A program made the translations under genes and the position numbers. Shown piece by piece: positions 58,584-64,000 of a DNA stretch of 64,000 nucleotides. The stretch comes from Oligoflexia bacterium (lineage in GTDB: Bacteria; Bdellovibrionota; Bdellovibrionia; JABDDW01). The notes beneath the pieces are model-generated. The model worked only from the letters and a program-made list of their open reading frames with translations, had not been told where the DNA came from and made no database searches. Positions within the stretch are counted from its first letter, which is position 1, and each line of letters starts with the position of its first letter. The DNA lies in contig JAHFAE010000001.1 in NCBI GenBank assembly GCA_023250675.1, positions 31,635 through 95,634 on the forward strand. The letters run 5' to 3'.

Positions 58584-59147
58584 ATGAATAAAATTCTAGC
58601 CGCAATCGCAATCATGCTTTCCGGTGCCCTCGCCCAAGCCCACACCATTCAAGAAGTCTGCAGTTTAATTGCAAGTTACAATAGTCAAAATGGAATCGAA
58701 TGCGTCAAAGCCATTTCAACAGCAAATTATTTTGACGTTGACGCCACAGAATTTTGTTACGTGGTTTCAACCTCAAGTTCAACCAACGGTGTTGCATGCG
58801 TAAAATCAATTTCTGGCAATCGATTTCAGACAGATGCCGTGGCCGTCTGTACTTTGATAAACTCTTATAATTCAGCCAACGGTTTGGCCTGCATCGCGGT
58901 CATTGCAAATAAACAGTATCTCAATGGCACCGCAGAGCTTTGCAAAAACATCGCTGCCTCAAGTTCGACAAATGGCCTCATTTGCATGAGAGATTCAGGA
59001 GTACCAGCCGGTAAAACGTGCCCCACCCTCAAAGAAACTTCAGATTCTATTGGTGCCGCCCTTGACGAGTTCTATAATGGCAAACCAAGAACCGCCGTAA
59101 AAATGCTTCAGGGCTTACAAGATCAAATCAACACCTGCTTGCAGTAA
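58584..59147 (+). CDS. Secreted protein with four tandem Cys-containing repeats of about 31 residues
   Basis: Signal peptide 'MNKILAAIAIMLSGALAQA'. Repeats 'CSLIASYNSQNGIECVKAIS...', 'CYVVSTSSSTNGVACVKSIS...', 'CTLINSYNSANGLACIAVIA...', 'CKNIAASSSTNGLICMRD'. Confidence 0.5.
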   Translation: MNKILAAIAIMLSGALAQAHTIQEVCSLIASYNSQNGIECVKAISTANYFDVDATEFCYVVSTSSSTNGVACVKSISGNRFQTDAVAVCTLINSYNSANGLACIAVIANKQYLNGTAELCKNIAASSSTNGLICMRDSGVPAGKTCPTLKETSDSIGAALDEFYNGKPRTAVKMLQGLQDQINTCLQ

Positions 59148-59308
59148 CGAACTTTAAATTTACTGGCAACTTGGGACCTCAAAAGGGCCTAAGTTAGCCA
59201 GGGACTTAATTGTCGGCGACTTCACTCATTGATCTTTTTGAATTTGACCAAGTAGAGGCTACGAAAAAATTGATGCCGGCATAAAATTCAAGCTTTGCAT
59301 TATACATA

Positions 59309-59548
59309 TTGCAACATATTGCGACATATAGTATACGTCGACTTATGGCTAGCAAGAAGATGACTACGACGGTCTACATCACAGAAGAACAGAACCAAAT
59401 GCTAAAAGAACTCAATCGCCGAACAAAAGTACCCGTGGCTGAATTTATTCGAGAGGGAATCGATTTAGTTATCGATAAGCATCGATCAAAGTTACCAGGG
59501 CAATTGGATCTCACTCGTGACGTCTCCCACGACAATCCCAAGTCTTAA
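59309..59548 (+). CDS. Ribbon-helix-helix (CopG/Arc/MetJ-like) small DNA-binding protein
   Basis: '[37 protein letters not shown]'. Probable true start at M13 (59345). The 3' end overlaps the GTG start of lepA. Confidence 0.45.
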   Translation: MQHIATYSIRRLMASKKMTTTVYITEEQNQMLKELNRRTKVPVAEFIREGIDLVIDKHRSKLPGQLDLTRDVSHDNPKS

Positions 59549-61337
59549 CCAAATTCGAAATTTTTCAATTATTGCCCATATTGACCACGGCAAAAGCACT
59601 TTGGCTGATCGGCTTATTGAAACCACCGGCGCTTTAAGTCAAAGGGAAATGAAAGACCAATTTCTCGACAACATGGAGCTAGAACGTGAGCGAGGAATCA
59701 CCATCAAGGCCCAGACAGTTAGGCTCCATTACAAAGCCAAATCGGGTCAAACCTATCAACTCAATCTCATCGATACTCCCGGCCACGTAGATTTTAGCTA
59801 CGAAGTTAGTCGTTCTTTAGCAGCTTGTGAAGGTGCCATTCTCGTTGTGGATGCCTCTCAAGGTGTTGAAGCGCAAACCTTAGCTAATGTCTATATGGCT
59901 ATTGATAATAATTTAGCGATTATTCCCGTTCTCAACAAAATAGACCTTCCCGCTGCAGACCCCGACGGAGTGAAACAACAAATCGAAGATACAATTGGCC
60001 TAGATGCCAGCAGCGCCATCTACGCAAGTGCGAAGGAAAAATTAGGCATAGAAGATATTTTAGAGGCGGTTGTTGCCATTGTTCCGCCCCCCAAAGGCGA
60101 TGCCAGTAAATCTGTAAAAGCTCTCATATTTGACAGCTGGTTTGACCCCTATCAAGGAGTTGTGATTTTAGTTCGCATGGTGGATGGAATAATCAAACCC
60201 CAAATGAAAATCAGGCTCATGAGTGTAGGTAAAGATTTTGAAGTCCTCAAAGTTGGCGCTTTCATGCCCTACGCTCAAGAGCTCGACGAGCTTAATCCAG
60301 GGGAAGTAGGTTTTATTATTGCGGGAATAAAAGACGTCCATGACACCAAAATCGGCGACACTGTGACCGATGCCAAAAAACCCGCCACCGAAATGCTTAA
60401 AGGATTTAAAATTGTAAAACCCATGGTGTTTAGTGGAATTTTTCCGGTAGATGGCCCCGATTACGAAAATTTGAGAGACGCTCTAGATAAACTTGCGCTC
60501 AATGACTCAAGTTTTTCCTTCGAACCTGAAACAAGTATTGCTCTTGGTTTTGGTTATCGTTGTGGATTTCTCGGACTTTTGCATATGGAAATTGTACAGG
60601 AACGTCTTGAAAGAGAATATGGCCTAAATCTCATTACAACAGCTCCAAGTGTTGTGTATCGTGTGACAAAAACCAATGGGGAAGTCAGTGAACTTGAAAA
60701 TCCAGCTCTTCTTCCCCCTCCCACTCATATTGCAAAATTAGAAGAACCCATTATTACTTGTACGATTCACGCTCCCACTGATTTTATCGGGACTATTTTA
60801 AAACTCTGTGAAGAAAAACGGGGAGTACAGAAAAAACTCGAATACGTCACTGCAACTAAAGCCATTATCGTCTACGAATTGCCCCTTAACGAGGTAGTTT
60901 TAGATTTTTATGACAAACTTAAAAGCCTTTCAAAGGGCTATGCATCTCTCGACTATGAGTTTTTAGAATTTAGAGAAAGTAAGCTCGTCAAACTTGATAT
61001 TCTTATCAATACTGAGCCTGTGGATGCGCTCTCTCTCATTGTTCACGAAAGTAAAGCTTACTCTCGAGGCAGAAAGCTCACAGAAAAACTTAAAGAGCTT
61101 CTTACCCGGCAACAATTTCAAGTGGCAATTCAAGCTGCTATTGGAGCTAAAATTATTGCTCGGGAAACACTTGGCGCTCTGCGTAAAGATGTTACAGCGA
61201 AATGTTATGGCGGAGATATCACCCGTAAGCGTAAGCTCTTAGAAAAGCAAAAAGAGGGCAAAAAACGAATGAAACAAGTGGGAAGTGTTGATATTCCACA
61301 AGAAGCGTTTTTGGCCATTTTGAAAGTGGAGGACTAA
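59517..61337 (+). CDS. lepA: Elongation factor 4 (LepA)
   Basis: '[21 protein letters not shown]', 'DTPGHVDF', 'NKIDLP', LepA-specific C-terminal domain. GTG start. Confidence 0.95.
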   Translation: MTSPTTIPSLNQIRNFSIIAHIDHGKSTLADRLIETTGALSQREMKDQFLDNMELERERGITIKAQTVRLHYKAKSGQTYQLNLIDTPGHVDFSYEVSRSLAACEGAILVVDASQGVEAQTLANVYMAIDNNLAIIPVLNKIDLPAADPDGVKQQIEDTIGLDASSAIYASAKEKLGIEDILEAVVAIVPPPKGDASKSVKALIFDSWFDPYQGVVILVRMVDGIIKPQMKIRLMSVGKDFEVLKVGAFMPYAQELDELNPGEVGFIIAGIKDVHDTKIGDTVTDAKKPATEMLKGFKIVKPMVFSGIFPVDGPDYENLRDALDKLALNDSSFSFEPETSIALGFGYRCGFLGLLHMEIVQERLEREYGLNLITTAPSVVYRVTKTNGEVSELENPALLPPPTHIAKLEEPIITCTIHAPTDFIGTILKLCEEKRGVQKKLEYVTATKAIIVYELPLNEVVLDFYDKLKSLSKGYASLDYEFLEFRESKLVKLDILINTEPVDALSLIVHESKAYSRGRKLTEKLKELLTRQQFQVAIQAAIGAKIIARETLGALRKDVTAKCYGGDITRKRKLLEKQKEGKKRMKQVGSVDIPQEAFLAILKVED

Positions 61338-62065
61338 TGACGAACGACAAACGTGGCACCTGGCTAAACAGTATGGGATCACTGGCTCTTGCAGTCGGTG
61401 TGGCGTTAGCGATCCGATGGTGCCTGATCGAAGCGTATGTCATTCCTTCGGGCAGTATGCTTCCATCACTTTTGATACAAGATCACATTTTCGTAAACAA
61501 ACTTGTCTATGGAATACGCGTCCCCTTTTCAAAAGAGTGGCTTATCAAATTTGGATCACCAGCTAAAGGCGAAGTAATAGTTTTTAAATATCCCGAAGAT
61601 GAATCGACTTTTTTCATTAAACGAGTCATTGGGACTCCTGGTGACAAACTCAGTTGGGATGGGCGAAAGCTGACGGTGAATGGTACAGACGTGCCCACTG
61701 GAGATAATACTCAAAAAGACTATTTTATGTCTATATTGAGCGATCGGGACATGTCTGGTTCAAAAATATCATATGACGTATTAGATGAAAATCTCAATGG
61801 CCATCCTCACCCAACTCTCATAAAAAAAGATGCTGTTCATGCTTTGGTGCAAAACCAGATTATTCCCGAGAATCAACTTTTTGTCATGGGGGATAACCGG
61901 GACAACTCCAATGACAGCCGTTACTGGGGATTCGTTCCGATGGAAAATATTTTAGGAAGGGCTATGTTTGTTTGGCTCAGCTGTGATGAAACTTTACCGG
62001 GAATAAGCTTCATCTGTAACCCTTTGACTATTAGGGTGAAGCGTTTCTTCCACTATGTCAGATAA
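61337..62065 (+). CDS. lepB: Signal peptidase I
   Basis: Catalytic 'PSGSMLPSL', 'KRVIGTPGD', 'GDNRDNSNDSRYWGFV'. Confidence 0.9.
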   Translation: MTNDKRGTWLNSMGSLALAVGVALAIRWCLIEAYVIPSGSMLPSLLIQDHIFVNKLVYGIRVPFSKEWLIKFGSPAKGEVIVFKYPEDESTFFIKRVIGTPGDKLSWDGRKLTVNGTDVPTGDNTQKDYFMSILSDRDMSGSKISYDVLDENLNGHPHPTLIKKDAVHALVQNQIIPENQLFVMGDNRDNSNDSRYWGFVPMENILGRAMFVWLSCDETLPGISFICNPLTIRVKRFFHYVR

Positions 62066-62780
62066 GCCCAAACGTCGTAAAGATGATCGAAACCTCACTC
62101 GAGAGTATATCGAGAGTCTCGTCGTTGCTGTAGTCATTGCCCTTGTCTTGAGAACTTTCGTAATTGCGGCATATAAAATACCGACTGGAAGCATGATCCC
62201 CACTTTAAAAATTGGGGATTGTATTTTTGCCTGGAAGCTACCTTACGGAATTAGAATTCCATTTACAGATTTGCGTTTAACGAAACCTCGAATGCCCGGC
62301 CGAGGGGACGTGGTTGTATTTAGAGCGCCAGAAGATCCGTCAATATCTTACGTAAAACGAGTTGTTGGACTACCAGGGGATAAGATCGAGATCCGCCAAA
62401 AACGGCTCATTATAAATGACCGTATTGTTCCTTATCAAACTATCTCAAGTGAGGTCATGGGAGATGTTCCCCTAAAAGAACTCTATATTCTTCAATTTGA
62501 AAAATTTGAGGATAAATCCCACTACGTGACCTTTAGACGTGGGGAAGATGAAGATTCCTATGGCCCTGCTGTTGTACCTGAGGATAAGTTTTTTGTACTA
62601 GGGGACAATCGAGATTCCTCTGATGATAGTCGATTTTGGGGTGCTAAGGCCATGGTTCCCGTGGAAAATCTTGAGGGTAGAGCGGTGGTCATTTGGTGCT
62701 CTTTTAACTGGGATAAGAAGCAGGGCACATTTGGAATTCCAGCCCTCAGATCTGAACGTATTTTCTCTCTGATTCGTTGA
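62055..62780 (+). CDS. lepB: Signal peptidase I (second tandem paralogue)
   Basis: Catalytic 'PTGSMIPTL', 'KRVVGLPGD', 'GDNRDSSDDSRFWG'. Confidence 0.9.
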   Translation: MSDKPKRRKDDRNLTREYIESLVVAVVIALVLRTFVIAAYKIPTGSMIPTLKIGDCIFAWKLPYGIRIPFTDLRLTKPRMPGRGDVVVFRAPEDPSISYVKRVVGLPGDKIEIRQKRLIINDRIVPYQTISSEVMGDVPLKELYILQFEKFEDKSHYVTFRRGEDEDSYGPAVVPEDKFFVLGDNRDSSDDSRFWGAKAMVPVENLEGRAVVIWCSFNWDKKQGTFGIPALRSERIFSLIR

Positions 62781-62805
62781 CATTGATAAGCCATTTCATT
62801 AAGCT

Positions 62806-63729
62806 TTGCTTTTGATGAATCTCCAAGGTCGATCCCTCCTAGATATTTCGGATTTAAGTCGTGAGGAGATAATATTTCTAATCGACCAGGCCAAAATTCT
62901 AAAATCTAAACAAAAAGACGATTCCCCCATTTTCATGGGTAAATCTGTGGCGTTGCTCTTTTTTGAACCTTCCACCAGAACCCGAACGAGTTTCGAAATG
63001 GCCGCCATGCGGACTGGTGTAAGAGCATTAAATTTGGACTTTAACCAGAGCAGTGCCCAAAAAGGTGAAACCATCTTTGACACAGCAAAAAATATTGAAG
63101 CATTAAAACCAAATGCCATGGTCATTCGCCATTACGGAAGCGGAATACCCCTTTTGATTTCAAAGCAAATAAAAATTCCAGTGATCAACGCGGGTGACGG
63201 ATTTCACGCGCACCCCACCCAAGCTCTTTTAGATGCATTTACAATGATTGAAGCTTTAGGGGATTTGAAAAATCGTCAGGTACTCATTGTTGGTGATATC
63301 GCTCATAGCCGCGTGGCCAGAAGTAATATTCAATGTTTACGATTGTTGGGTGCTAAGGTCACAGTCTGTGGGCCACCGACACTCATTCCGCCTCTGGCCA
63401 CAGAATTAGGTGTAAAAGTGAGCCATAATCTTGACAGGAGTATCCCCGAGGCAGACGTCGTCATGGCATTACGAATGCAAACCGAAAGGCAGAACTCTTT
63501 TCAGGTACCGTCGCTAAAAGAGTATTCCACACGATTTGGAATTACTTCAGAGAGAGCAAAGGCAATTAAAGATACCGCCATTTTAATGCATCCTGGCCCC
63601 ATAAACCGAGGAGTTGAAATGACCTCAAGCGTATTGAGAGATCCTCGAAGCCTCGTCATGGGCCAAGTCGAAAATGGAGTTATAATGAGAACTGTGCTTT
63701 TGAGAGAAATATTGGGATTAGGAAAATGA
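62806..63729 (+). CDS. pyrB: Aspartate carbamoyltransferase catalytic subunit
   Basis: 'FFEPSTRTRTSFE', 'HPTQALLD', 'HPGP'. Confidence 0.9.
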   Translation: MLLMNLQGRSLLDISDLSREEIIFLIDQAKILKSKQKDDSPIFMGKSVALLFFEPSTRTRTSFEMAAMRTGVRALNLDFNQSSAQKGETIFDTAKNIEALKPNAMVIRHYGSGIPLLISKQIKIPVINAGDGFHAHPTQALLDAFTMIEALGDLKNRQVLIVGDIAHSRVARSNIQCLRLLGAKVTVCGPPTLIPPLATELGVKVSHNLDRSIPEADVVMALRMQTERQNSFQVPSLKEYSTRFGITSERAKAIKDTAILMHPGPINRGVEMTSSVLRDPRSLVMGQVENGVIMRTVLLREILGLGK

Positions 63730-64000
63730 CCACAAGTTTCATTAATGCCAGATTATTTGATCCGAGCCAAAGAATCGACGAAAAAGGGAGCATCGTCGCT
63801 GAAGGCGGTAAGATCTTAGATATTTTAAAAGACAAAAAGGCAGACGTGGGAAAAATCTTTGATCTTAAGGGCCAAACTCTCGTGCCAGGATTCATTGATC
63901 TTCATGTGCATTTTCGTGAACCAGGTCATGAGCATAAAGAAACCATTGCAACGGGTACACGCTCAGCGGCAGCCGGTGGATTCTCGACAGTTTGTTGCAT
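63726..64000 (+). CDS. pyrC: Dihydroorotase. C-terminus is cut by the window edge.
   Basis: 'GFIDLHVHFREPG' metal-binding HxH motif. ATGA overlap with the pyrB stop. Confidence 0.8.
   Translation, partial: MTTSFINARLFDPSQRIDEKGSIVAEGGKILDILKDKKADVGKIFDLKGQTLVPGFIDLHVHFREPGHEHKETIATGTRSAAAGGFSTVCC

Overview
This 64 kb window looks like a chromosomal segment from a Bdellovibrio-like predatory bacterium (about 40-42% GC). I infer this from gene content and the c-di-GMP signalling repertoire; I ran no database search. Coding density is high and almost every gene is on the + strand.

Housekeeping genes recognised from motifs: rlmN (5' partial), a PfkB kinase, an acyl-CoA dehydrogenase, pgi, eno, ftsB-like, cspA-family, polA, engB, kdsB, pyrG, kdsD, kdsC, an LptC/LptA-like gene, lptB, rpoN, hpf, metK, ahcY, lepA, two tandem lepB, pyrB and pyrC (3' partial).

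Accessory and signalling content:
(i) A translationally coupled trio at 1965-5494: coiled-coil protein, GGDEF cyclase carrying the Ser-for-Asp 'Hypr' signature of cGAMP-making enzymes (DgcA/Bd0367-like), and an LpxH-like metallophosphoesterase.
(ii) A canonical FHA-GGDEF cyclase (DgcB-like) overlapping an Rsm22-like methyltransferase.
(iii) An ECF sigma / ZAS anti-sigma / LTXXQ periplasmic module.
(iv) A PilZ protein, a TonB-like protein and a PIN-PhoH (PhoH2) gene.
(v) An FHA-sigma54 activator.
(vi) An 11.4 kb Agl/Glt-type gliding-motility cluster (two OM beta-barrels, three TPR proteins, an FHA-TM-TonB_C protein, TolQ and two TolR homologues) inserted between kdsC and the lptCAB-rpoN-hpf block.
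(vii) A two-gene DUF222-like/HNH nuclease module bracketed by two near-identical, about 55 bp, GC-rich palindromic repeats.
(viii) Secreted repeat proteins: a His-rich 17-residue repeat protein and a four-repeat Cys protein.

I found no rRNA, tRNA or CRISPR array.
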